Shown here piece after piece: positions 10,546-22,801 of a stretch of DNA of 64,000 nucleotides. Every line of letters begins with the position of its first letter. The first letter of the stretch is position 1. The notes under the pieces are model-generated. The model ran no database searches and was not told the DNA's origin. It saw only the letters and a program-made list of their open reading frames with translations. A program made the position numbers and the translations under genes. Source of the stretch: Mustelus asterias (Eukaryota). The stretch spans positions 186,001-250,000 of the forward strand of contig NW_027590137.1 of assembly GCF_964213995.1 (NCBI RefSeq), read 5' to 3'.

Positions 10546-12174
10546 TGTCACTAGATTAATTGTATCCTCAATTACTTGCCCCATTTTCTGTCATTATCAG
10601 GAATACAATAGAATAATTTCACACCATCCCTTTATCTGATTCTATACAATCCCTGTACAAATGTTGAGGCTAATCAGAGCTGGAAGGTCTCTCTCGCCAG
10701 TACATTTATCTTCACTGCACATTCTTTACATACACAGCAATTAAGCTTTTACATTTGACTGCAAATAAAACTCAATCTTTCATTATAACTACTGATTCAT
10801 TATTGATTCATTAACTTTAACTCAATTATGGCTCACAACTTATTCAACCATCTGTTACTGACTGGTAGCTAATTATTACAGTAATCTTTAATTAATATAT
10901 TTGGTTAATACAAGATACAATGGTTCAAAAATATACTTTGTGAAAGACACAAAGCTTTCTTACTAATCTTGATCAGGTTGAACAATCAGCCTCATTCTTG
11001 AGCCAGACTTTAGCAGAATATAGTGTCCTCTAACTTATCAAAATGATTGAAGAATTCCTTAATTGCTTGCTCAGCAGTGTCTGGAAGCTTTTAGCTTTAT
11101 GATATAAAGTTCTCATCACATGTTAGAGTTTAACATGGCTTCCTTGACCTAGTTATATTTAACTGTTAATACAGATGGAAGTGATCATTTTCATTTCTGA
11201 GGCACCCCTACATTTACCCACATCACAACAGTGACCACACTTCAAAATAACTTGACCGTAAAACACTTTCCAAGATCTTGTGGTCATGCAAGAAGCTGCA
11301 GAAATGTAATTTCCTTTTTAGGAATAGTCCCCAACTTGGATACATCACACTCAGTCCACTCATGGAGATCATTAATAAAGACTGAGTCTCAATTTTGAGT
11401 AACAACCATGTCTTTCACTCCGTTTCCAAATCCCCTGTGAAAATCCAAACACAATATATCGTGAAATTATTTGGTTTAAAACAGAATGAGTTGTTGTGAT
11501 TTGGAATTCACTGTCTGAAAATGGTGCAGGAAGCAAATTAAACTGGATCTTTCAAAAGGGAACTGGACAGATTCTAAATGAAATATGGGATTAATGGAGG
11601 ATCTTGTTCAAAGGGATATCATGGGTACAATGGCTGGAATGGCCTCCTTCTCTGCTCTCAGATTCATTTTCATTTGATGAAAGTGATAAATATCTGGAAC
11701 CCACTTCCTACGATGGGCAGAGAAACAGAGATGATGGAATCTTTCCAAAAGGAAATTGGATGGGCAATTGAGGGAAATAAACCGACAGGGGTACAGGGAT
11801 AGAACGGGGCAATGGTTTGATTCACAGGGAACCAGCATGGACTTAATGGGGCGGATGGCCGCATTCGTGACCCTAATTCTTGACTGATCTAAAGAGAGTA
11901 TAACCTGATGCATAACCATAAAGCGAATGAAGACAACAGCAAAGGCTGATGGTTAGAAGAGCTAACTCTGTATCAGGCTGAGTACTGTGGGAGGATCAGG
12001 CTGAAGGAACTCTGCACTGAGGAATGGACACAGGAGCTCATTGATTGGGGGCAGTCGCTCTGCCTCGAACAGACATTGAGTGAACATAGACCCTTGTGTG
12101 TTGTGCTCCTGAGAGAAATGCCACCCCCTGAGAGAGGCATGACTCCCTCAGCCTTTGTGACTAAAAGACAGTGA

Positions 12175-13080
12175 TCCATATGACCATAAGATATCAGGGC
12201 AGAATTAGGCCATTTGGCCCATCGAGTCTGCTCTGCCATTCAATCATGGCTGATATGATTCTCATCCCCATTCTCCTGCCTTCCCCCCATAACCTTTGAT
12301 CCCCTTATTGATCAAGAACCTATCCATCTCTGTCTTAAAGACACTTAATGACCTGGCCTCCACAGCCCTTTGTGGCAATGAGTTTCACATTTGCCACCCT
12401 CCTCTCGAGAAATTCCACCTCATCTCAGTTTTAAAGGAGCGTCCCTTCACTCTGAGGTGTCCCACTAGTGGAAACATCCTCTCCACGTCCATTCTATCTC
12501 GGTCTCTCAGTATTCTGTAAGTTTCAATTAGATCCCCTCTCATCCTTCTGAACTCCATCGACGATAGACCCAGACTCCTCAACTGCTCCTCATATGACAA
12601 ACCCTTCATTCCTGGGATCATTCCTGTGAACCTCCTCTGGACCCCCTCTAAGGCCAGCACATCCTTCCTTAGGATGGGGCCCAAAACTGCTCACAATATT
12701 CCAAATGGGGTCTGACCAGAGCCTGATACCGCCTCAGCAGTACATCATTGCTCTTGTATTCTAGCCCTCTAGAAGTGAATGCTAGCATTGAATTTGCCTT
12801 CGTAACTGCCAACTGAACCTGCATGTTAACCTTAAGAGAGTCCAGAACCAGGACTCCCAAGTCCCTTTGTGCTTGAGATTTCCGAAACCTTTCACCATTT
12901 GGAAAATAGTCTACGCCTCTATTCTTCTGACCAAAGTGCATAACCTCACACTTCCCCACATTATATTCCATCTAGCACTTCTTTGCCCATTTGCCTAGCC
13001 TGTCCAAGTCATTCTGCAGCCTCCCAACTTCCTCAACACTACCAGTCCCTCTACATATCTTTGTATCATCCGCAAATTTA
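12175..13080 (-). mobile_element. CR1 LINE 3' fragment
   Basis: ORFs 12669-12971 and 12385-12684 (QRDLGVLV, LVRPHLEYC, VQRRFT). Confidence 0.88.
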
Positions 13081-13742
13081 GAAAGGGTCAAGACCTTTCA
13101 GGTGTCCAGATCACCAACAATCTGCCCTGGTCCCCCCCATGCTGACACTATAGTTAAGAAAGCCCACAAATGCCTCTACTTTCTCAGAAGACTGAGGAAA
13201 TTTGGCATGTCAGCTATGACTCTCACCAATTTTTACAGATGCACCACAGAAAGCATTCTTTCTGGTTGTATCACAGCTTGATATGGCTCCTGCTCTGCCC
13301 AAGGTCACAAGGAACTACAAAAGGTCGTAGTGTAGCCCAATCCATCATGCAAACCAACCTCCCATCCATTGACTCTGTCTACACTTCCCGCTGCCTCGGC
13401 AAAGCAGCCAGCATAATTAAGGACCCCACGCACCCCGGACATTCTCTCTTCCACCTTCTTCCATTGGGAAAATGATGCAAAAGCCTGAGGTCACGTACCA
13501 ACCGACTCAAGAACAGCTTCTTCCCTGCTGCCATCAGACTTTTGAATGGACTAACCTTGCATTAAGTTGCTCTTTCTCTATACCCTAGCTATGACTGTAA
13601 CACTACATTCTGCACTCTCTCATTTCTTTCTCTGTGTACGGTATGCTTTGTGCGTATAGCGCACAAGAAACAGTACTTTTCACTGTATGCTAATACATGT
13701 GACAATAATAAATCAAATCAAAACAAAATCAAATCAAAATAA
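13081..13742 (+). mobile_element. Rex1/Babar-type LINE 3' fragment
   Basis: KKAHKCLYFLRRLRKFGMS..TLTNFYRC..ESILSGCIT and IIKDPTHPGHSLF, then AATAAA and an (AAATC)n tail. Confidence 0.82.
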
Positions 13743-13984
13743 ATTTAGCAATTATGCCCTCATTCCATCTTCCAGATCATTAATGTGTAACAGTGCATGT
13801 TCTGTGAATATGTGACTGAAAGCACATCTCAGCCAGCGAGACCCCGAGCAGAAGAAGATAAAGGAGATTTGCCAGTGTTGACCTGCAGGAATAACCAAAG
13901 CACAAAGAAAGGTCCCCAAGTCTGGGACTCAGAAATATTGGAACAAAAGCCTATCGGCAGGGAGCCTGATCAATTTGCCTTTTT

Positions 13985-14525
13985 GGTTTGATTTGATTTA
14001 CTATCGTCACATGTATTAACATACAGTGAAAAGTTTTGTTTCTTGTGCGCTAAACAGACAAAACAAAACATTCATAGAGAAGGAAATGAGAGAGTGCAGA
14101 ATGTAGTGTTACAGTGATAGCTTGGGTGTAGAGAAAGATCAACTTAAGGCAAGGGAAGTCCATTCAAAAGTCTGACAGCAGCAGGGAAAAATCTGTTCTT
14201 GAGTCGGTCGGTACGTGACCTCAGACTTTTGTATCTTTTTCCCAATGGAAGAAAGGGGAAGAGAGAATGTCCAGGGTGCGTGGGGTGCTTAATTATGCTG
14301 GCTGCTTTGCCGAGGCAGCGGGAAGTGTAGACAGAGTCAATGGATGGGAGGCTGGTTTGCGTGATGTATTGGGCTACATTCACTACCTTTGGTAGTTCCT
14401 TGCGGTCTTGGGCAGAGCAGGAGCCGTACCAAGCTGTGATATGGTGCATCTGTAAAAGTTGGCGAGAGTCGCAGCTGACATGCCAAATTTCCTTAGCCTT
14501 CTGAGAAAGTAGACGAGTTCCTTGC
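13985..14525 (-). mobile_element. Rex1/Babar-type LINE 3' fragment
   Basis: Same family as 13081-13742 in the opposite orientation (YFLRRLRKFGMS, RLKNRFFPAAVRLLN). Confidence 0.82.
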
Positions 14526-14689
14526 ACTGGGTAGTATTTGAGTCCAAGCTGTGAGTTTTGTGTTTTTTAATCAGTATTTTAGCAAGTGTTGAGTAAAAAG
14601 GCAGTTTCAATGGTTTTTGAATGTTCGAAGATAAGTTAAGAAAGGAATAGTTCATTGGTGAACCCTTCAGCATGCAGGTCAGCGGGAGC

Positions 14690-15130
14690 ACCCCCGCACA
14701 TGCGCAGCTTCCCCTCTCCCTTGGACATGCGCAGTCCCGGGCCGGGGGGAGGGGGAGATCACCGAGCGGCTTCTCGCTCTGGCCGGAGCCGTCAGCCGGT
14801 TGCCTGGAAACCTTGGCTCGAGGAGGTGCAGGGGGAGGGGAACAATGGGTGGGGGCGGGTCTCCCGTGTCCGCGTGGCGGAGATCCCACCCCCTGACCTT
14901 CATGCTGAGGGGTTGACCAATGGGAAGAATTGGAGGACCGGAAGGACTCTGGTCCTCCAGCCAATCAGAACGCGGGTTTTGTGTGAATGAAGATTGAGCT
15001 TCAGACAGACTGAAACTTCCTCTGTGCAACATCTGTGAGTAAAACACTTTCTTTTCTCCCCCTTTCCATTTCTTTTCTCATTCTGGGGGAAATTGGGGAC
15101 TTGCAGCAACTGAAGGGAAAGGAAATGAAT
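14690..15130 (+). promoter_or_regulatory. ZNF-family promoter module, copy 2 (central ~180 bp inverted relative to copies 1 and 3)
   Basis: GTTGCCTGGAAAC X-box, CATGCGCA, two CCAAT boxes around TGGAGGACC..GGTCCTCCA. It lies upstream of ZNF gene 2. Confidence 0.65.
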
Positions 15131-16870
15131 CCAGGGAGGCTGCAGACTCTGGAAAGGTTGGCCCAGGTTTCTCTCTCTCAAACCAGAAAATGATCCATTT
15201 CTGCCCACTGTTTGCTGTTAGCCAATTTTCTATCCACGCCAATATGTTATCCCCACAGCATGAATTTTTATTTGCTGCAATAATCTTTAATGTTTCACCT
15301 CATCAAATGTCTTCTGGAAATCTAAGTACAGCACATCCACTGATTCCATTTATCCAATTCCCAATGGGGAATTTTAGAAAATTAAACAACACATCAACGA
15401 TCTCACTCTGTTAAGACCCGAGAATGGAGCCCAGCAGGACCCGAGGACTCATCAGCCCACAGCTCCAACAGTTTGCTGAGGACCACTTCCCTGGTAATTG
15501 TGCTTTTTCAGAGTTCATCCCACACTTCTGTTTTCTGATTTCCAGCTGTTTCTGAGTTTTAACTGTATCCTCTATTGTGAAGACCGAGGCAAAATACTTG
15601 TTCAATTAATTTCCCAGCTCCTTATTTTTCATTTTTAATTGCTGGACTCACTTTCTATAAGACTCTTAAGAAATGAAGTAGGGCAAGTGAATGAAGTGTC
15701 AGTCGGAGAGCACTTTGTGTCCAGTGACCAGAACACTATTAGTTTTTAAATAGTTCTGGAAAAAGATAGGAGTGATCCACAGGTTAAGGCCCTAAACTGG
15801 AGCAGGGCCAATGTTGTGGGCATTAGGCAGGATCTAGCAGATGTTGATTATGTGAGTCTGTTTGAAGAGAAAGGAATGACTGGCCAATGCGAAGTGTGAT
15901 ATCAAGAGTCCAGGAGAAGTATATTCCTGCTCAGATGAAGGGAGGGAATGGTAAACACACAGCCATGGAGCATTAAACTTGCCTCGCAGGGCCTCTCATA
16001 TCAGCGCAAAGACAGCTGCTTTGTGAGACTGCGAGCAGCACAGACAAGTCAGAGATAAGAGTGTCTTGAGAAGAGGGATTCATTGTGAAGGCTCAGGGAC
16101 GGTTGATAAGATGTAAGAATTCTATTATTTTAATGAACATTCTTTCCTCTCTAGTTCCCCAAAAGCTGCAAATCTCCATCCCACACACTCTCCCTCCATT
16201 CTCACTCTGCTGTATCTAATATTCACCCTCCCAATTCTCCTGAAGGTGCTGATTGCGGCTGATTGACAGATCCATGCTCACTGCTTCCTGTCCAGCAGTC
16301 AAAAAATCATAAGATTTCGGAGCTGCAGTTGGCCATTCAGCCCATCGAACTGCCTCAAACATTCATGGAGAATTGGCTGATCTACCTCAGCACCATTTCC
16401 CACACTATCCCCTAGATAGAGAGAGAATAGAGCCAACGTTTCGAGTCTGCAGAGAGGAAGGAATGTTCAATAGAAACTTGAATTGTCTGTTCTGAATTTC
16501 TATCCTGCACTGTCACTGATGACTTCTGTAAACTCATTTTACAGGGTATCGAAAGAGGAATCACAAGCTGAAATCTCAAACGTCACATCTCGATCTGACA
16601 GAGTCATATTCCTTGGGACCTGAATATCATCAGCCTTTGAATCTAGGAAAAATGGTTGTCTGGTCTGATGACTTGAAAAGATTTCAAACATCAGTGTGAC
16701 TGGAAAAGCGCCAACACATTGCCAGACTGGAGTCAGAGTGTTCCAGTGCACTGAGCTTGAACCAGTTACACAGCCTGAATAAATATCACACTGTTCACAG
16801 CGGGGGTGGGGGGACTGTTCTGTGTGTGGACGAGTCTTCAACTGAAGAGAGAGGCAAGGACACCTGCACC

Positions 16871-17881
16871 ATGGAGAAACCATGGAAATGTGGGGACTGT
16901 GGGAAGAGATACAGATACCCATCCCTGCTGGAAGCTCATCGACGCAGCCACACTGGGGAGAGGCCATTTACCTGCTCTCACTGTGGGGCGGGATTCACTC
17001 GGTTGTCCCAGCTGCAGACACACCAGCGAGTTCACACTGGGGAGAGACCGTTCACCTGCTCTCAGTGTGGGGAGGGATTCAGTCAGTTATCCAGCCTGCA
17101 GACCCACCAGCGAGTTCACACTGGGGAGAGGCCCTTCACCTGCTCTCAGTGTGGGGAGGGATTCAGTCAGTTATCCAGCCTGCAGGCACACCAGCGAGTT
17201 CACACTGGGGAGAGACCGTTCACCTGCTCTCAGTGTGAGAAGGGGTTCAGTCAGTTATCTAACCTGCAGACGCACCAGCGTGTTCACACTGGGGAGAGAC
17301 CGTTCATTTGCTCTCAGTGTGAGAAGGGGTTCAGTCAGCTATCTAACCTGCAGACACACCAGCGAGTTCACACTGGGGAGAAACCGTTCATCTGCTCTCA
17401 GTGTGAGAAGGGATTCACTCATTTATCCAGCCTCCAGACGCACCAGCGAGTTCACACTGGAGAGAGACCATTCACCTGCTCTCAGTGTGGGAAGGGATTC
17501 ACTGATTTATCCACCCTGCGGAGACACCAGCGAGTTCACACTGGGGAGAGACCATTTATCTGCTCTCAGTGTGGGAAGGGGTTCAGCCAGTTATCCAACC
17601 TGCAGGCACACCAGCGAGTTCACACTGGAGAGAGGCCATTCATCTGCCCTCAGTGTGGGGAAGGATTCACTCGGTCATCCAACCTGCAGACACACCAGCG
17701 AGTTCACACTGGGGAGAAACCATTCACCTGCTCTCAGTGTGGGAAGGGATTCACTCGGTTATCCAACCTGGGGACACACCAGCGAGTTCACACTGGGGAG
17801 AGGCCGTTCACCTGCTCTCAGTGTGGGAAGGGATTCAAAGTTTCATCCCACCTGCTGAGACACCAAAAAGTTCATGAGTGA
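16871..17881 (+). CDS. C2H2 zinc-finger protein 2 (12 fingers)
   Basis: ACCATGG start (MEKPWKC) and an open frame of 12 homogeneous 84-bp finger repeats ending in TGA. Upstream acceptor ttttacAG near 16543. Confidence 0.85.
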   Translation: MEKPWKCGDCGKRYRYPSLLEAHRRSHTGERPFTCSHCGAGFTRLSQLQTHQRVHTGERPFTCSQCGEGFSQLSSLQTHQRVHTGERPFTCSQCGEGFSQLSSLQAHQRVHTGERPFTCSQCEKGFSQLSNLQTHQRVHTGERPFICSQCEKGFSQLSNLQTHQRVHTGEKPFICSQCEKGFTHLSSLQTHQRVHTGERPFTCSQCGKGFTDLSTLRRHQRVHTGERPFICSQCGKGFSQLSNLQAHQRVHTGERPFICPQCGEGFTRSSNLQTHQRVHTGEKPFTCSQCGKGFTRLSNLGTHQRVHTGERPFTCSQCGKGFKVSSHLLRHQKVHE

Positions 17882-18129
17882 TTCCAGGAGTTTGGATTCT
17901 GCTGTCATTGTTTCTGCTCTCAATTACATCCAGGACTGCATTTTGTTCATTCTCACAGTTGGTCAATGGGGAGGGTCGGAGGGTTTCTTTCTGCTGGACT
18001 GGCCGGTCTCACCACTTTGCCTCCAGTGGGCTGATGCTCTTTGAGTCTTGTTGCGAATACCTGGTTTCAAATTTCACACGGATCACAGAGTGACAGGGTG
18101 TGAGGAAGTTAAGAGTCACTATTTCTGTT

Positions 18130-18425
18130 TGAAACTTCCCAAATGCTCATCCAATTTCCTTTGTAATTGTTTATTGTCTCCACTTCCTCCATCCTCGTAG
18201 GCAGCGAGTTCCAGGTCATTACCATTCACTGCATCAAAATATTCTTCCTCACATCACCCCCTGCATCTCTGACCCAAACCTTAAACCTATGACCCCCTCA
18301 TCCTTGTCCCATCAACTCATGGGAACAGCTTTTCTTTGTCCACCTTATCTAAACCTGTCAGAATCTTGTCCACCTCCATCAAATCTCCCCTCAACCTCCT
18401 TTGCTCCAAGAGGAACAACCCCAGC
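18130..18425 (-). mobile_element. CR1 3' fragment (shared with the paralogous block at 41175-41460)
   Basis: Minus strand reads LGLFLLEQRRLRGDLMEVDKI-type sequence; it matches 41175-41460. Confidence 0.7.
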
Positions 18426-19811
18426 CTGACATCGACAATAAAGAACAAACTAACAGAATATGTTAATACCTGAAATCAAATGGGAATGTTTAATTTCTGT
18501 TTGAAAGATATTGTGAATATATTGTCCTGGACAATAAAGGAATTGGAATAACTCATCTTGGGAGTGGTTGAATGAAATATATCAATCTGGAACTACCTAC
18601 AGTCTTGTGAAAGTCTGGAATGTGTAGTTGGAAATCCCTCCCTCACAGTACTGTGGGTGTACTTACACCTCAGGCATTGTAGCAGTTCAGGAAGGCAGTG
18701 TTGGGGTTGACCATGGCCGAGGCAGCTACATACAGCCACATATTCTGTTATAATTGATTCATTGTTTGAAATTTACAAGCTGTGAGAACCTGTGTTTCGT
18801 TTGTTTTATGTGGATGTTTGTAGATGTGTTTATCATTGTTTTGGGCGACATTTGTTAAGGTTTATCTTCCTCGAGAATTAACTTTATCTTTAATTAAAGG
18901 CATTTCTGAAAGTTTAAAAACAGAACCACAAGAACGCTTAAGGAATTCATTCTGGTTGTTGTTGTAAAGCACATGCTAAGTTTCTCTGCTTGTGTGTGGA
19001 TGATATTTATGGGTTGCTTCAAGCTTTGAGGTTTTCTGTCTGTGATTTAAATCAAACAGATTTTTTTTAAAGTAAGTGTAATTGATAAAGTTTTTTTTTC
19101 AAAAGTTATGAACCTGGAACAATATTTACATGATGCCAGGATATTTTACTAAACATGCAGGAATGTTAATCCGGATACAATTCACACATGTGAGAATGAG
19201 AGTTTTAATTTGTAATGGTTATTTAAAATTTGGGACATGTGAAATGATTCTGACCAATCCTGTGTTGGATTAAACTTCCTGTCAGGTCCAAAGATTTATT
19301 GCTGACATAAGAATGGTTAAAATGCTGTGGGAATTATAAGTTGAAAAGGAGAGATTATTAAATAGAAATGATTCCCAGACCGTGTGGTCATTAGATTAAA
19401 ACAAAGGAAGGGTGCTGACATCCATTTGAGAACTTTTAATCCACCCCTTTTCAAACTAAGGGAGTCTATGTCCAAAGAAAACCCCAAGGATGGTAGATGA
19501 GGGGGTCTGGAAAACATCATGATGGGGGCACCTATCTGTTCACGAGATGCTCACAAAGCCCCATGATGCCCAGATACTAATTTGATTGCACCTATATGTA
19601 ATGTATGTAATCTATCACCATTCTGATTGGATTATGTCCAGCCGGGATGGGCTGAGTAACTGGATAAGAATTGATGATATTCTTTGTTGGGTGGAGTTAC
19701 ACATGGTCAGCCCCTGTGGCTTCTCCCCGCTGGCGTAACTCAATAAACTGTTTGTCGATTGAATCAGGTTTGAGTGTTGAATGATTCTTCTGAGTTCATT
19801 CCCCCCCAACA

Positions 19812-19965
19812 CACTGGGTACATTGCAAATTCATCCTCGGGAGTGGCCTGATAGGCCGTGGTCCAGACTACATGTGGCCCTTGGGGGGCCTTTCATGAAT
19901 CACATGTGTTTGCTTGTTGTAGATGCACATTCAAAATGGTTGGAAGCACAGATCATGAGTAATAT
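19812..19965 (+). mobile_element. Gypsy-type LTR retrotransposon integrase fragment
   Basis: HPREWPDRPWSRLHVALGGPFMNHMCLLVVDAHSKWLE is a typical integrase N-terminal core; the first catalytic Asp appears as Ala. Confidence 0.7.
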
Positions 19966-20544
19966 TCCAGGGCAATTAGGACTAAAACTGGGCGGCATGG
20001 ACAAGTTGGGCCGAAGGGCCTGTTTCCATGCTGTGAACCTCTATGACTCTAACTACCTTTTTTGTGGCCTGAAGTTCCCACAATTGGAAAGCAGCCAGAT
20101 TAGTTAAATAGACAGCATTAATTGTGAGACAATTAAATAATAAATGATTCATTAATACAAATGTTATAAAGGCTGGAAATGTAAATTTGAACACAAGTTT
20201 ATAACTTTTAGAATTGTAAACACATTAAGAATGGTTAAAATGCTGTGGGAATTATCAGATGTTCCCTTCCCATGCTGACAGAATAAAAAAAGCTGAAAGG
20301 ACTTGTTAACCTTTACTGGAGGGAATGAATCGGCTCCTGTTCAAGATGTCTCAACATTGAATGACTGATGTGAACCAATTATCGGTCGACACTTTCTTTT
20401 CTCCCCCTTTCCATTTCTTTTCTCATTCTGGAGTTCAATTTTTAACTTCCAGGTCACCACTCGCTGCCTCAATAAAAATCCTCCTCACATTCTTCATGTC
20501 TCTCTAACCAGGTAATACAGTGCATTACTGTACGGCAGGGCAAG

Positions 20545-22712
20545 GTTTACAATTGGGGGAGAGAGAATTATGATGCGATTAGGCAAGAATTAGGGGGCAT
20601 AAGTTGGGAACAGAAACTGTCAGGGAAAGGAACTAATGAAAAGTGGAACTTTTTCAAGGAACAAATACTGTGTGTCCTTGATAGGTATGTCCCTGTCAGG
20701 CAGGGAGGAAATGGCCGAGTGAGGGAACCATGGTTCACGAAAGAGGTGGAATGTCTTGTGAAAAGGAAGAGGGAAGCTTATGTAGGGATGAGGAAACAAG
20801 GTTCAGATGGCTCGATTGAGGGTTACAAGTTAGCAAGGAATGAGCTGAAAAAGGGGCTTAGGAGAGCTAGGAGGGGACATGAGAAGTCCTTGGCGGGTCA
20901 GATCAAGGAAAACCCCAAGGCTTTTTACTCTTATGTGAGGAATAAAAGAATGACCAGGGTGAGGTTAGGGCCGGTCAAGGACAGTAGTGGGAACTTGTGT
21001 ATGGAGTCAGTAGAGATAGGCGAGGTGATGAATGAATACTTTTCTTCAGTGTTCACCAAGGAGAGGGGCCATGTTTTTGAGGAACAGAAGGTGTTACAGG
21101 CTAATAGGCTGGAGGAAATAGATGTTCTGAGGGAGGATGTACTGGCAGTTTTGAATAAAGGTCGATAAGTCCCCTGGGCCTGATGAAATATATCCTAGGA
21201 TTCTTTGGGAGGCAAGGGATGAGATTGCAGAGCCGCTGGCTTTGATCTTTGGGTCCTCGCTGTCCACGGGGATGGTGCCAGAGGACTGGAGAATGGCGAA
21301 TGTTGTTCCTCTGTTTAAGAAAGGGAATAGAAATGACCCTGGTAATTATAGACCGGTTAGTCTTACTTCGGTGGTTGGTAAATTGATGGAAAAGGTCCTT
21401 AGGGATGGGATTTATGACCATTTAGAAAGATGCGCATTAATCCGGGATAGTCAGCACGGATTCGTGAAGGGCAAGTCGTGCCTCACAAATTTGATAGAAT
21501 TTTTTGAGGAGGTAACTAAGTGTGTTGATGAAGGTAGGGCAGTTGATGTCATATACATGGATTTTAGTAAGGGGTTTGATAAGGTCCCCCATGGTCGGCT
21601 TATGATGAAAGTGAGGAGGTGTGGGATAGAGGGAAAGTTGGCCGATTGGATAGGTAACTGGTTGTCTAACCGAAGACAGAGGGTGGTGGTGGATGGAAAA
21701 TTTTCGGATTGGAGGCAGGTTGCTAGCGGAGTGCCACAGGGATCAGTGCTTGGTCCTCTGCTCTTTGTGATTTTTATTAATGACTTAGAGGAGGGGGCTG
21801 AAGGGTGGATCAGCAAATTTGCTGATGACACCAAGATTGGTGGAGTAGTGGATGAGGTGGAGGGCTGTTGTAGGCTGCAAAGAGACATAGATAGGATGCA
21901 AAGCTGGGCTGAAAAATGGCAAATAGAGTTTAACCCTGATAAATGTGAGGTGATTCATTTTGGTAGGACTAATTTAAATGTGGATTACAGGGTCAAAAGT
22001 AGGGTTCTGAAGACTGTGGAGGAACAGAGAGATCTTGGGGTCCATATCCACAGATCTCTAAATGTTGCCACTCAAGTGGATAGAGCTGTGAAGACGGCCT
22101 ATAGTGTGTTAGCTTTTATGAACAGGGGGTTGGAGTTTAAGAGCCACGGGGTTATGCTGCAACTGTACAGGACCTTGGTGAGACCACATTTGGAATATTG
22201 TGTACAGTTCTGGTCACCTCACTATAAGAAGGATGTGGAAGCGCTGGAAAGAGTGCAGAGGAGATTTACCAGGATGCTGCCTGGTTTGGAGGGTAGGTCT
22301 TATGAGGAAAGGTTGAGGGAGCGAGGGATGTTCTCTCTATAGTGGAGGAGGCTGAGGGGAAACTCAATAGAGGTTTATAAAATGATGAAGGGGATAGATA
22401 GAGTGAACGTGCAAAGACTATTTCCTCGGGTGGATGGAGTTATTACAAGGGGGCATAACTATAGGGTTCGTGGTGAGAGATACAGGAAGGATATCAGAGG
22501 TAGGTTCTTTACGCAGAGAGTGGTTGGGGTGTGGAATGGACTGCCTGCAGTGATAGTGGAGTCAGACACTTTAGGAACATTTAAGCGGTTATTGGATAGG
22601 CACATGGAGCACACCAGGATGATAGGGAGTGGGATAGCTTGATCTTGGTTTCAGATAAAGCTCGGCACAACATTGTGGGCCGAAGGGCCTGTTCTGTGCT
22701 GTACTGTTCTAT
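20545..22712 (+). mobile_element. CR1 LINE, 5'-truncated, RT largely intact
   Basis: ORFs 20719-21168, 21242-22342 (NYRPVSLTS, QHGF, FADD) and 22382-22642, followed by the 3' UTR. Confidence 0.95.
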
Positions 22713-22801
22713 TACACACATCATCAATCTGCTTATTTATGTCCAAATGTAAAGCTTTAACATGGCTGGCAGCTTGAAGATTTTCAGCTTTTTGTGTCCA
22801 G

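Noticed and set aside
10550-11220. Possible decayed retroviral pol sequence (TDGS-like motif near 11170; similar AT-rich block at 33500-34970)
   Set aside because: Too degraded to support without a profile search.
16806-17858. Long alternative-frame ORF (350 aa) overlapping ZNF 2
   Set aside because: Shadow frame of the finger repeat (HTSEFTLGR units), expected from homogeneous repeats lacking stops.
16871-17881. CRISPR-like array from the 84-bp periodicity (also the 28-bp repeat at 548-687)
   Set aside because: The periodicity is C2H2 finger coding or a spacerless minisatellite; this is eukaryotic DNA with no cas genes.
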